64,000 nt of DNA from an uncultured Candidatus Saccharibacteria bacterium. Its GTDB lineage: Bacteria > Patescibacteriota > CPR2 > UBA1875 > CAIMLA01. Each line of letters begins with the position of its first letter. Within the stretch, counting starts at the first letter, position 1. The stretch spans positions 9,346 through 73,345 of the forward strand of contig CAZEFH010000001.1 of the NCBI GenBank assembly GCA_964511435.1, given 5' to 3'. A program made the position numbers and the translations under genes. The notes below the pieces were generated by a model that saw only the letters and a list, made by a program, of their open reading frames with translations, was not told the origin of the DNA and searched no databases. Positions 17,736 through 27,831 of this stretch are shown one piece after another.

Positions 17736-18540
17736 TCATTGTAGTCGCATCTAGTACTTCCTGCAAAGTAATTTGTTTCACTTCAGCGATTGTTTCTGCT
17801 ACCTTGAGTACATTAATCGGTTCATTCCTAGTTCCTTTAAGATCTCCGGGTCCAAGATATGGGCAATCCGTTTCTACTAGAATGTTTGCGAGACTAGTTT
17901 CGCGGATTAGACGATGATAAGCGTCAGAATAAGTAACTATTCCATTCATCCCGATAGCGTAGCCGAGTTCGATGAATTTACGTGCCGTCTTATACCCACC
18001 GTTAAAACTATGAATCACACCATTCTTTTTTACAGGATGCTCTGACAAAATCTTGAGCAAATCTGGGTATCCATCCCAACAGTGTACAATAATCGGTTTC
18101 TGAACTTCATTTGCAAGACGGATGAACTCTAGTAAAACCTCCTTTTGCTTAGATTTAAGAGTTTCAATATCGTCGCCTACTTCAAAATGATGATAGTCTA
18201 GCCCTATCTCCCCAATAGCAACTACTTTCTCATCCCTAGCTAGTTCTAAATATTTCTGATAATCAAATTCTTCGCCAATGGTATGAATTTCGGTTGATTC
18301 CAGCTCATCCGTATCCGCGTAATCAAAACTCCCCTTCTTCAGATGTACCGGGTGAGTGCCGACCGCTGCCCAGACCCCGCTGTATTCGTGAGCCATAGCA
18401 ACCGCCTTCTCACTAGTAGTGTATTGGGTTCCGACATTAATCACCGCCACCCCAGCATCATGGGCCCTGCAAATAACTGCATCATAATCGTCTTTAAATG
18501 CAGCAAAGTTTACGTGGGCATGTGTATCAACGACTTTCAC
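17704..18540 (-). CDS. tatD: TatD-family metal-dependent hydrolase/DNase
   Basis: VVDTHAHVNF, IGEIGLDYHH, HCWDG..., VETDCPYL TatD signatures. Confidence 0.85.
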   Translation of the reverse strand: MKVVDTHAHVNFAAFKDDYDAVICRAHDAGVAVINVGTQYTTSEKAVAMAHEYSGVWAAVGTHPVHLKKGSFDYADTDELESTEIHTIGEEFDYQKYLELARDEKVVAIGEIGLDYHHFEVGDDIETLKSKQKEVLLEFIRLANEVQKPIIVHCWDGYPDLLKILSEHPVKKNGVIHSFNGGYKTARKFIELGYAIGMNGIVTYSDAYHRLIRETSLANILVETDCPYLGPGDLKGTRNEPINVLKVAETIAEVKQITLQEVLDATTMNAERLFNIKV

Positions 18541-19774
18541 GAACTGGCCTCAGCTTAGGAATTAATCTGATCTTCTTGTCAGTATCACAATACGGTAATT
18601 CACATTTTGACCTGGGCATCAGCCCCGCGAGCATCGCTCCAAGTGCGCCAAAGAGCAGACCCACCACAAGAACCTCTCTAGTACCAAGTAGAAATGTGGC
18701 CCCAATCAATATCAGGTAAACCAAAATTTTAACAAAATCAATCACTGACTCCATGTACAGTATGTACTCGGAGCGGCTATTTTCGTCTGCATGAAGATAA
18801 TACTCCGAAGTATATGGAGCCTGACGCATCGAAGCGGCGACAGTTTGTACCAGGTTGAGTGTTGCCACCTGAACAAATGAATCTACAAAGATAAATAGCG
18901 CAAAAAGCACACTGTCAATGAAGCTTGACTCCTTTATAAAGCGATGTCTATTTTTGTTATTTACTTTTCTACCAACGAAATATGTCGTCACAATCGTAAG
19001 GACCAGAGCAATCGAAGTAACAAAGCCAACGTTTTCATACGTCTTAACAATCAAATAAACGAACATTGGCCAAATGACCAAAGAGATAGTAGCCTCTATG
19101 CCGGCTCCACCATATGACAAAAGGTCTCTCCAGATATCACGAATTCGTATTTTAGAGAGATTGATCGGTTGCTTCTCATGTCTTTCACCCTTCTTAAGTA
19201 ATGGAAGAAAAACAACCGAAAGAGCCGCAATCACAATCAGATAGAGATAATTAAAACCAAAGTTTGTCGCTATCCAGCCACCGGTAAATGGTGCGATTGC
19301 CCCCAGAATCGCCAATATTATATAGATATTACTCACATCCTTGGTAGCCTGTCCTTTGTGCTTGGACCGAGAAAAGTCGTAGTGATAAGCTTGCCAATAT
19401 AGTGCTAAGTGAAGACCACCACAGATTGCCGGGAACCATAATGGCCAGTGATAGGTAGGAATTGTAGCAAATAGCCAGAAGTGAGCGACTAGAAACGGCA
19501 TTGATAAAGCAATCGCATGTTTTGGTCCAAACTGATTCCGCAGTTTTGCCGCAAAATACTCGGCACAAAACTCCACCGTAAACATAGTAAGGTTTGTGAG
19601 CAGAATATCGCGCAATGTAAATCCGAGATTATACAGATACAGAGGTATAAACATCGATATCATTGAACTTACAAAGCCACGTAAGCTCATCACAAAAAAG
19701 ATTTCATTCAGCTCTGTATGCCGAATACGAAACATTTGATGCGAGATATTGGCGCGATGGTCTCCGACTGACAA
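18527..19774 (-). CDS. Polytopic membrane transporter, MFS-like
   Basis: About 12 predicted TM helices in two halves, no soluble domain; family assignment by topology only. Confidence 0.55.
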   Translation of the reverse strand: MSVGDHRANISHQMFRIRHTELNEIFFVMSLRGFVSSMISMFIPLYLYNLGFTLRDILLTNLTMFTVEFCAEYFAAKLRNQFGPKHAIALSMPFLVAHFWLFATIPTYHWPLWFPAICGGLHLALYWQAYHYDFSRSKHKGQATKDVSNIYIILAILGAIAPFTGGWIATNFGFNYLYLIVIAALSVVFLPLLKKGERHEKQPINLSKIRIRDIWRDLLSYGGAGIEATISLVIWPMFVYLIVKTYENVGFVTSIALVLTIVTTYFVGRKVNNKNRHRFIKESSFIDSVLFALFIFVDSFVQVATLNLVQTVAASMRQAPYTSEYYLHADENSRSEYILYMESVIDFVKILVYLILIGATFLLGTREVLVVGLLFGALGAMLAGLMPRSKCELPYCDTDKKIRLIPKLRPVRESR

Positions 19775-19791
19775 ATTCCCTCCTACTGTGA

Positions 19792-21267
19792 TTATTTTTC
19801 AACTTCTAGACGTGGAAAGACTGGCTCTGGCTTCTTGGTTTCGAGCTGATGACGAATCTTTTCAATCGCTGTCGGCATAAATGGTTCAAGATAGTCACAA
19901 ATCAGAAATATCTCATTATATACGTTAGTCATTACTGTTAGTAGTTCTGCTTCATCAAATTTGGCAAGTTCCCAAGGCTTCTTTTCCTCGAGATACTGAT
20001 TTGTTGGACGAATCACATTCTGCCACACATCTGTAAGAACCGCCTCGAAGTGAAGGTCTTTCATATTTTCAGCTATCGCCTCACGCATCTTGGCGTCTTC
20101 GTAGCATTCACCTATTTCACATACCGGATTGTCACGTTTCTCTGGCTTCAGATTGTAACGGTTAATCATTGATAACGTACGCTGAACCAGGTTACCCAGC
20201 CCGTTGGCTAGCTCATAGTTGTAGCGATCCGCAATCTTTGACTCTGAAATGTCGCCATCAGATCCAAAAGGAAACTCACGGAGCACTGCATAGCGCACCG
20301 CATCAGCACCAAATTTTTCCACTAATTCATTCGGTCTTAGAACGTTGCCGAGTGATTTACTCATTTTTTTACCATCGACAGTAAAGTAGCCGTGGACAAA
20401 CAGTTGCCTCGACGTCGGGAGGTCAAGCGACATTAACATCGCTTGCCAGATAGTGGCATGAACACGCACAATATCCTTTGCCATTAGCTGAACGTCAGCT
20501 GGCCAAAACCTATCTGATAGTTTGGTATCAACTGGCCATCCGAGGCCCGTAAGATAATTGAGGAAAGCGTCAATCCAGACATAAGTTGTCATATTTTCAG
20601 CAAAAGGTAAATCGATACCCCATGACACCTGGTCCTTTCTCCTGGAAACTGCAATATCCTCAAGGCCACTGCGAATGAACGATAGGATCTCATTTTTCCG
20701 AGCCTCCGGACGTATCAATATCTCATCATTCTCAATTCGCTTCTCCAATTCATCCTGATATTTCGAAAGCGCAAAAAGATAAGCATCCTCTTCTTGTACT
20801 TCGCACTTCCTGTTGTGATCCGGGCAAATATCGCCTTCTAAAAGCTCCGATTTAGTTTTATATTGCTCACAACCTACACAATATAACGCTCTATAAGAAC
20901 CCTTATATATGTCACCATTATCATACATTGCCTGTGTTGCTCGTTTAACTGCCTCTTCATGGTCATCGTCCGTAGTTCGGATGAATCGGCTATACTCGAT
21001 ATCAAGATTCTTCCAAGTATCCTTGAAGTTTTTTACTAATCCATCCGTAAATTTTTTTGGAGACATGCTCTTTTGTTCCGCGACTTCCTGAATCTTCGCC
21101 CCATGCTCATCTGTGCCAGTCATAAAATAAACGTTTTCGGCACCCAGATGAGAACGATAATATCTTGCTAGAACATCGGCAGCAATCGTCGTATATGCAC
21201 TGCCGAGATGTGGCTCAGCATTTACATAGTATATCGGGGTGGTAACGTAAAACTTCTCTTTAGACAT
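19792..21267 (-). CDS. metG: Methionine--tRNA ligase (core only, no C-terminal tRNA-binding domain)
   Basis: HIGH-region PIYYVNAEPHLGSAY, zinc knuckle CVGCEQY...CPDHNRKCE, KMSKSLGNV. Confidence 0.9.
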   Translation of the reverse strand: MSKEKFYVTTPIYYVNAEPHLGSAYTTIAADVLARYYRSHLGAENVYFMTGTDEHGAKIQEVAEQKSMSPKKFTDGLVKNFKDTWKNLDIEYSRFIRTTDDDHEEAVKRATQAMYDNGDIYKGSYRALYCVGCEQYKTKSELLEGDICPDHNRKCEVQEEDAYLFALSKYQDELEKRIENDEILIRPEARKNEILSFIRSGLEDIAVSRRKDQVSWGIDLPFAENMTTYVWIDAFLNYLTGLGWPVDTKLSDRFWPADVQLMAKDIVRVHATIWQAMLMSLDLPTSRQLFVHGYFTVDGKKMSKSLGNVLRPNELVEKFGADAVRYAVLREFPFGSDGDISESKIADRYNYELANGLGNLVQRTLSMINRYNLKPEKRDNPVCEIGECYEDAKMREAIAENMKDLHFEAVLTDVWQNVIRPTNQYLEEKKPWELAKFDEAELLTVMTNVYNEIFLICDYLEPFMPTAIEKIRHQLETKKPEPVFPRLEVEK

Positions 21268-21868
21268 TTTCTCTCTCCAAGAGTAATTTTAGCTCATTTT
21301 CGCACTGCTGTGGAGACTGAAACAGAATTGTCCTCATCCCAAGCTCACGTGCTGGCACAAGATTCTCTTCACGATCATCAATAAAGACACATTCACCTGT
21401 CAACACGCCAAGCCCATCCAATGCTACTTGGTAAAATCTAGAATCGGGCTTTGCTAGATGTAATTTCGAAGAAACATATATATTACTCACATCAAATATA
21501 TTTTCGTAGTGCCAATTCGCGCCGTTTATACGGTCGAATGCGTCAACAAAGTTCGTGAGAAGAGCAATCTTATAGTCAGCCCTAAGCTTTTTAAGTAATT
21601 CTTTCATTTCCGGCTTAGACTGATAGCATTCTAGAAAAAACGGCCAAATTTCCTCTGGCTTGCACTCTTTTCCTATAGACTCGGCAAGACGATGGAAAAA
21701 TACATCTGTTGTAATTTCTCCTTTATCAGCAGGTGCAACAACCTCATGGAAAATAGGGCGTAAATACTCAACATCGACACCATAATAGCTCGCAAATGCA
21801 GGTATCGTAGTATCATTATCACACGTCGTTAGCACACCGTTATTGTCAAAAATCACCGCCTTAATCAC
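21260..21868 (-). CDS. HAD-superfamily hydrolase
   Basis: Motif I VIFDNNGVLT; typical HAD size. Confidence 0.65.
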   Translation of the reverse strand: MIKAVIFDNNGVLTTCDNDTTIPAFASYYGVDVEYLRPIFHEVVAPADKGEITTDVFFHRLAESIGKECKPEEIWPFFLECYQSKPEMKELLKKLRADYKIALLTNFVDAFDRINGANWHYENIFDVSNIYVSSKLHLAKPDSRFYQVALDGLGVLTGECVFIDDREENLVPARELGMRTILFQSPQQCENELKLLLERENV

Positions 21869-22523
21869 GTTTCCCCTCCAAGATTACGACAAACTCACCC
21901 TTTTCCTTTAGTTGAGACAAGACGTCGCTGACTCTACCACGATATACTTCTTCGAATTTCTTCGTTAGTTCACGGCAAACCGCCACCCGTCTGTCGCCTA
22001 CAAATTCAAGTAACTCCGTGAGAAGCCTCCGGATCCGAAATGGAGATTCGTACAAAATAATTGTTCGATTTTCGAGAGCGATTTCTTTCAGCTTTGTCTG
22101 CCTGCCCTTTTTATGAGGCAAGAAGCCAATAAAGACAAACTCATCTGTATTTAGTCCAGAGACTGATAGTGCGGTGATTGCCGCTGACACACCTGGAATT
22201 GGTACTACTTCAATCTGATTTTCGATTGCCTCGCGAATCAGAGCTTCACCTGGATCACTAATACCTGGTGTACCTGCATCAGTTACAACCGCCACGTCTT
22301 TACCGCTCAAAATCGAATCAATTATTTGTTCAACTTTGCTATCCTTAGAGTGCTGATGATATGAAATAAGAGGCTTCTTAATCTCAAAATGATTAAGGAG
22401 CTGTAATGAGTGACGTGTATCCTCACAGGCAATCATATCAACGCTCTTCAATGTCTCCAGCGCACGTAAAGTAATATCAGCAAGGTTACCTATCGGTGTT
22501 GATACAACGTATAATTTCCCCAT
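21861..22523 (-). CDS. rsmI: 16S rRNA (cytidine1402-2'-O)-methyltransferase RsmI (short form)
   Basis: MGKLYVVSTPIGNLADITLRALETLKSVDMIACEDTRHS tetrapyrrole-methylase fold N-terminus. Confidence 0.8.
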   Translation of the reverse strand: MGKLYVVSTPIGNLADITLRALETLKSVDMIACEDTRHSLQLLNHFEIKKPLISYHQHSKDSKVEQIIDSILSGKDVAVVTDAGTPGISDPGEALIREAIENQIEVVPIPGVSAAITALSVSGLNTDEFVFIGFLPHKKGRQTKLKEIALENRTIILYESPFRIRRLLTELLEFVGDRRVAVCRELTKKFEEVYRGRVSDVLSQLKEKGEFVVILEGKRD

Positions 22524-22792
22524 TACCTTATCTCAAACGGCTTCTCTTCGCCGGTTGGCTTCTCTTCTGTTACGTCAACATTTTCTACGGTCGCTAAGGC
22601 TGAGCCATCTTTTGCCCATTTTACTAGTTTATCTACGTTTTTATCATCCCCTTCAAATACAGCAAATACGCTTCCATCTGGCTCGTTACGGCACCAACCC
22701 AAAAGCTCGAGAGCTTTCGCTTCTTTCTCCATATTATGACGGAAGAATACCCCCTGCACATCACCCGTGATGACTAATTTAACTCGCTTCAT
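22523..22792 (-). CDS. acyP: Acylphosphatase
   Basis: VITGDVQGVFFRHNMEKEAKALELLGWCRNEPDGSV acylphosphatase signatures; 89 aa. Confidence 0.85.
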   Translation of the reverse strand: MKRVKLVITGDVQGVFFRHNMEKEAKALELLGWCRNEPDGSVFAVFEGDDKNVDKLVKWAKDGSALATVENVDVTEEKPTGEEKPFEIR

Positions 22793-23634
22793 CGCTCCCC
22801 CTCTCCCTGATGAATTTCTAAATATGCGTTATATATATTATACCAGTCGGCCATAGAGAGACCTTCTGCTCGAATTTGAGGATTAATTCCAATTCCCTTA
22901 AGCATTTCTTCAATAACATCCTTGCGAATCAAGAGACCTCCAGAAAGTGAATTCACAAGCTGCTTGCGCTTCTCACCAAATCCCGCTTTCACTATTCTAA
23001 AGAATAACCTCTTATCCACGTCAAAAAGTGGCTTTTTATATACCCGAATTCGTAAAATTGCTGAGTCTACCTTGGGCGCTGGGAAAAATGACGCTCTGGG
23101 AACTACCTCAACGATACTGGGATTACCATAGAATTGCACCGAAACTGCGAGTACGCTCATTCTCGAAGGCTTGGCACAGATCCGCTCTGCGACTTCTCGC
23201 TGTACAAGAAGAACCATTTCCTCTGGCTTGTTCTCTGACTCCAAGAATCTACGGATAATAGCACTGGTGATGTAATACGGTACGTTAGCAACTACCTTAT
23301 ATTCGCCTAACTCATGAGTATCGTATTTCAGAATATCAGTATTCTCTACTTTCAGATTACAATCTTTGATACAGGTAGTCTTGACGATGGCCGCCATCGA
23401 CCGGTCAAGCTCCACTGCAATCACTTCCTTGGCCTTTTTACAAAGTTCCTTCGTTAAAATACCGAGCCCCGGACCAACCTCGACTACTCGCTCAGAACCC
23501 GTAAGCTCAGCCGCCTCCACAATAGTCTCAAGTGCCCGTTCATCGATAAGAAAGTGTTGTCCGAGTTCCTTCTGTGGATATGCCCCATAGGCTTTGAGTG
23601 TCCGCTTAATCTCTGTAATATCAGTTAAATCCAT
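22789..23634 (-). CDS. rsmA: 16S rRNA (adenine1518/1519-N6)-dimethyltransferase RsmA/KsgA
   Basis: QHFLIDERAL...VVEVGPGLGILT SAM-binding motif. Confidence 0.85.
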   Translation of the reverse strand: MDLTDITEIKRTLKAYGAYPQKELGQHFLIDERALETIVEAAELTGSERVVEVGPGLGILTKELCKKAKEVIAVELDRSMAAIVKTTCIKDCNLKVENTDILKYDTHELGEYKVVANVPYYITSAIIRRFLESENKPEEMVLLVQREVAERICAKPSRMSVLAVSVQFYGNPSIVEVVPRASFFPAPKVDSAILRIRVYKKPLFDVDKRLFFRIVKAGFGEKRKQLVNSLSGGLLIRKDVIEEMLKGIGINPQIRAEGLSMADWYNIYNAYLEIHQGEGER

Positions 23635-23692
23635 AAAAATAGGGCTCCTTCGGCCCTTATTCTAGCGCATTTTGTGCTTAAAGTCTATGTAA

Positions 23693-24904
23693 TTAGGCTC
23701 CTGAGCAGCCGCCCCAGGCTCCCCAACCATTCTGACTGACACGGAGGGCTGTCGCATATATCTGTGCGTTGACGTCATACATATTCGAGGCTGGATGTCC
23801 AGCCCTGGCTGCCCATGAGTATAAACTGCCATCCCACTGGAATAGGCCATAATATCCATATGGACTCTGCGAGTAAACATTAGCATGGCTCTCGCACATC
23901 ATCACGCGGGCCATCTTGCCAGCGTCTATTCCATACTGATTTGATGCCGCAACAATAATGGGCCATAAATCATCGATGCCATAAGGCTTCACACCAATCT
24001 CAATAACCTTGTTTTGTGGAGAAGCCAAGACTTCGCTAGCCGTTACTTCACGTGAAACCTCGACGCCATTATGATAAACAATGTGGACCGATTGCCTCTT
24101 ACTACCATTTACACCACCCTGAGTCACCCTGCTCTGACCCTGATACATCTCGTAGTTGTCTTGATTGATGGTCTGATAAACAATGGTCACTGTCTCCTCG
24201 ATATCAGCATAGTTCACCCTAGTCACAATAATATGGCCGCTTGAAGGTGCTGGCGCAAGCCTGTCAGGGTCAGTAGAGTCGTTCTGGTTCAGAGTAATAC
24301 CACCGTCACGAAGGACATTAGTCACTGTCTGAGCCCAGCTATGAACAATAACTTCCTTGTCATCAACGGACACTGTGTAGACAGGGGCTCGCTTGATAGT
24401 AATCATCTGTCCGGCCATGTTTTCGGTCGCGGGATCAAGAATGAGCTCCTTCGTGATGATATCTGCCTTATCATAATTAACCTTGAGCTGACTTAGAATA
24501 CCCGGAATGTCAGTATAGGCCGACTGGCCAACCCAAGACTGTCCATTATCATTAATGAGAACTGGGACGGCCGGAATAAGCTTCGCACTGATGTCTTCAC
24601 CAACAAGCGGTGTATCAAGGTCTGGAGACGTAATATCATTCTTCGCGAGTATTATCCCCTGTTTCTCGAGCGCATTACCTAGTGTATTCTCGGTGGTAGT
24701 GAATGTGGTTGTTTTGGCTCCTGCAGTATAGCTCACCTTGGTAGTTATAGTTGGCACCACACTTTCGCCCTTCACTTGCTGTGAGAGGCAAGCAAGGAGT
24801 AGAAAAGACAAACAAAAAACGACTAAAAAGCCGTTTTTGAGGCGTAAATAATGGTTATGTAGTCTATCTATAACAAAGTTTATCTTCAAAATAAGTGGTC
24901 GCAT
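23693..24904 (-). CDS. Secreted RpfB-like protein: G5/DUF348-type repeats plus C-terminal resuscitation-promoting-factor (Rpf) lysozyme-like domain
   Basis: Signal/TM anchor, then C-terminus MCESHANVYSQSPYGYYGLFQWDGSLYSW...QNGWGAWGGCSGA parallels the Rpf domain consensus (CExGGNW...NGYYGGLQF...W...GWGAW..C). Confidence 0.65.
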   Translation of the reverse strand: MRPLILKINFVIDRLHNHYLRLKNGFLVVFCLSFLLLACLSQQVKGESVVPTITTKVSYTAGAKTTTFTTTENTLGNALEKQGIILAKNDITSPDLDTPLVGEDISAKLIPAVPVLINDNGQSWVGQSAYTDIPGILSQLKVNYDKADIITKELILDPATENMAGQMITIKRAPVYTVSVDDKEVIVHSWAQTVTNVLRDGGITLNQNDSTDPDRLAPAPSSGHIIVTRVNYADIEETVTIVYQTINQDNYEMYQGQSRVTQGGVNGSKRQSVHIVYHNGVEVSREVTASEVLASPQNKVIEIGVKPYGIDDLWPIIVAASNQYGIDAGKMARVMMCESHANVYSQSPYGYYGLFQWDGSLYSWAARAGHPASNMYDVNAQIYATALRVSQNGWGAWGGCSGA

Positions 24905-24943
24905 TTAGCGTACTCGTCATTGTATCTTGGATTAACAGTCGTG

Positions 24944-25453
24944 TCAATCTTTGTCCACAGACCCAAAATCAAGGTAGTAAATATCAGTTTCTTGCCTATT
25001 ATCATTCGTCGTATGCTCCACGAATTTCCAACCAAGCTTTTCGTAAAGAGCCTGCGCGTTCTCGGTGTGTAGGTACAGTCGACTATAGCCAAGCCTCTTC
25101 GCTTCAGAGACAACACGACTAACTAGATCGCTTGCAATCCCCTGCCTACGATACTCTGGCTTTACCAGAACGCCCACAAGCCAAGGTGAGAATGCAGGCC
25201 GCGTCTCTAGATCATGTTCAGCAAGACCAGCTGTTCCAAGAATCTTTTTATCTTGGTGTGCTACAAGTACGAATGGGACCGATCCAATATTGAGTCGTTC
25301 GCGATATTTTTCCTTTTTCTGCTCAATAAACTGCGAGTCTTTCCGCTGTCCCCACTCGTTTATCCATAGCTCGGTCAGCTCATCCAAAAACTCTGGTCTT
25401 TCACCAAGGTAGGACACGTCATATTTCATTTTAGATTTTCTTGAGCTTCGCAT
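24944..25453 (-). CDS. GNAT-family N-acetyltransferase
   Basis: Acetyl-CoA binding block RRQGIASDLVSRVVSEAKRLGY. Confidence 0.75.
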   Translation of the reverse strand: MRSSRKSKMKYDVSYLGERPEFLDELTELWINEWGQRKDSQFIEQKKEKYRERLNIGSVPFVLVAHQDKKILGTAGLAEHDLETRPAFSPWLVGVLVKPEYRRQGIASDLVSRVVSEAKRLGYSRLYLHTENAQALYEKLGWKFVEHTTNDNRQETDIYYLDFGSVDKD

Positions 25454-27545
25454 AGCTCAGCGAGAGCCACTTGATGCCATAGTCATCGAAGTTGACCGTA
25501 ATCTCATCGTCATCAATCTCAGTAATCATTCCTTCACCAAAATCTTCATGTTCCACTCGATCACCAGATTTCAGATAGCCCCCAATTTTCTCTTCCGCTA
25601 CCACCTCAACTTTATTAGTAAGAACATTTTCGTATCCAGTTATCAGGTGACTAGGTATGTCGGCCAGGAAGCGACTCGGGGAGTTATTCATTGTTCTACC
25701 ATAAAGCATACGGGAGTTTGCAAGAGTAAAGTACAGCCGCTCACGCGCTCGAGTAATACCGACATAACAGAGACGGCGCTCTTCCTCCAACTGTTCATTA
25801 TCCCAGGCGGAGTTCGAGTGTGGAAAGAGATTCTCCTCCATCCCCGCCATAAAAACAGCCTTGAATTCAAGTCCTTTGGCAGCATGGAGTGTCATCAATG
25901 TCACTGCTTCTTCATCCGGGTTCCAATTATCAATATCAGCTATAAGGGCCACTTCCTCAAGGAATTCTTCAAGCTTTGCTTCGGCATGATTATTCACATA
26001 CTCTTGTGCAACAGTTAGCAATTCTCGTACGTTTTCTACTCTTTCCTCACCAACAGTAGTACCGTCATTTAGAAAATCTTCGTAACCGCTTTTCTTAATT
26101 ATAAGCCCCACTAGTTCTGGTAGAGTTTCGACTTCAAGAGAGCGTCTAAACACCTCAAGTAAACGAGCAAAATCCGTGAGTGCACCAGTTTGTTTTGGAC
26201 CCAGCCCCATTTCGGGCACTCTATCTAGCAGAGTCGAAATATTTATATTGTGCTGTCTTCCAAAATCGATCAATTTCTTCACGGTTGTATCACCGATTCC
26301 TCGTCCAGGTACATTAATAATACGCTCAAACGCTACCCAGTCGCTGTCTGAGCTAACTATTCTAAGATACGCGATGATATCCTTGATTTCCTTGCGCTCA
26401 AAGAAGCGAAAACCACCGATAATACGATAAGGTACTCGGAAGCGTACAAATTCTGACTCAATCGCCCGTGACTGAGCATTTGTCCGATACAATACTACGA
26501 TATCAGATAGTTTGTAGTGCTCCTCTCGCACCAGCCTTTCTGACTCACGGATGATAAGCTGGGCTTCGTCACGTTCATCGCGAGCATCCATCGTTACTAT
26601 CGGGATGCCAGCTTCATTTACGGTAAAAAGTTTCTTATCACTCCGGTTCTCATTCTTCGTAATCACATGATGAGCTGCATCCAGGATTGCCTTGGTTGAG
26701 CGATAATTCTGCTCTAGTTTGATGATCTTGGCATCAGGCCAGTCGCGTTCAAAGTCGAGAATGTTGCGAAAGTTTGCCCCACGCCAAGAATATATTGACT
26801 GCCAGTCATCACCTACTACGCAAAGATTTCGACTCTCTGCAGACAGTAACTTGGCAAAAAGATATTGAGCATGATTGGTATCCTGATACTCGTCGATGTG
26901 AATATAGCGCCAACGTGTTTGATATTTGTGTAACACTTCTGGAAATTTCTGAAAAAGGACCACCGTCTGCATCAGTAAATCATCAAAGTCCATCGCATTA
27001 TTGCGCATCAGATTCTGTTGATAAAGAGGATATGCCTTAGCGGCTATTTCCTGCCAGTAGCCACTAGCAGCACCAGCGTACTTCTCAGGACCCATCAGCT
27101 CATTCTTGGCACTTGAGATATAGTTTAGCAAAGTAGAAGCAGACGTTTTCTTGTCTTCTACCACTAGCTCATTCATCACCTGCTTCATTGCCGCCTGAGA
27201 GTCAGCCGTATCAAAAATCGTAAAGCTACGCTTGTAGCCGAGATGGTGACCGTCCTCTCTCAGAATCCGAGCACAAATAGAGTGAAAAGTTCCCATCATT
27301 GGCTGTGCATTATCACCCACCAGGCTGCGTACCCGTTCTGCCATTTCTTTCGCCGCCTTATTGGTAAAGGTGACGGCGAGAATATTGTCAGGCTTCACAC
27401 CTTTCTCACGGATAAGATAGGCTACCCGGTGAGTCAGGGCTTTTGTTTTTCCCGATCCAGCACCAGCCAGAATTAAAACTGGCCCCTCAGTGGCCAGTAC
27501 GGCTTCTTTTTGTGAGTCATTTAGACCCGTGAGAATTTCTTGCAT
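25431..27545 (-). CDS. pcrA: ATP-dependent DNA helicase PcrA/UvrD
   Basis: LNDSQKEAV...LILAGAGSGKT (Walker A), DEYQDTN, helicase motifs III-VI; 704 aa. Confidence 0.9.
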   Translation of the reverse strand: MQEILTGLNDSQKEAVLATEGPVLILAGAGSGKTKALTHRVAYLIREKGVKPDNILAVTFTNKAAKEMAERVRSLVGDNAQPMMGTFHSICARILREDGHHLGYKRSFTIFDTADSQAAMKQVMNELVVEDKKTSASTLLNYISSAKNELMGPEKYAGAASGYWQEIAAKAYPLYQQNLMRNNAMDFDDLLMQTVVLFQKFPEVLHKYQTRWRYIHIDEYQDTNHAQYLFAKLLSAESRNLCVVGDDWQSIYSWRGANFRNILDFERDWPDAKIIKLEQNYRSTKAILDAAHHVITKNENRSDKKLFTVNEAGIPIVTMDARDERDEAQLIIRESERLVREEHYKLSDIVVLYRTNAQSRAIESEFVRFRVPYRIIGGFRFFERKEIKDIIAYLRIVSSDSDWVAFERIINVPGRGIGDTTVKKLIDFGRQHNINISTLLDRVPEMGLGPKQTGALTDFARLLEVFRRSLEVETLPELVGLIIKKSGYEDFLNDGTTVGEERVENVRELLTVAQEYVNNHAEAKLEEFLEEVALIADIDNWNPDEEAVTLMTLHAAKGLEFKAVFMAGMEENLFPHSNSAWDNEQLEEERRLCYVGITRARERLYFTLANSRMLYGRTMNNSPSRFLADIPSHLITGYENVLTNKVEVVAEEKIGGYLKSGDRVEHEDFGEGMITEIDDDEITVNFDDYGIKWLSLSYAKLKKI

Positions 27546-27590
27546 AGATATAATTATACCGGCCTTTCGGCCGGTATAAAAGTGTACAAA

Positions 27591-27830
27591 TTAGTCCTTC
27601 ACCCTTATTGCCATGTCTGGGCAGATACGTTCGCAACTTTTACACTGGATGCAATTCGCAATATCACATTTTACGGTTGGTCGGCCGAAGTATCCTAACA
27701 CTTCTTCATCCCAACTAAGTACTTTCTTGGGGCAAATCTCAATACAAAGACCGCAGCTCTTACATTGCTCTGGAAACTGAGTCCAGACTTTTCCCTTTTC
27801 TTCAAACGTTTTCGGTTCTGCGTTTTGCAT
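27591..27830 (-). CDS. porD: 2-oxoacid:ferredoxin oxidoreductase delta subunit (2x[4Fe-4S] ferredoxin)
   Basis: CKSCGLCIEICP and CIQCKSCERICP. Confidence 0.8.
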   Translation of the reverse strand: MQNAEPKTFEEKGKVWTQFPEQCKSCGLCIEICPKKVLSWDEEVLGYFGRPTVKCDIANCIQCKSCERICPDMAIRVKD

Positions 27831-27831
27831 C

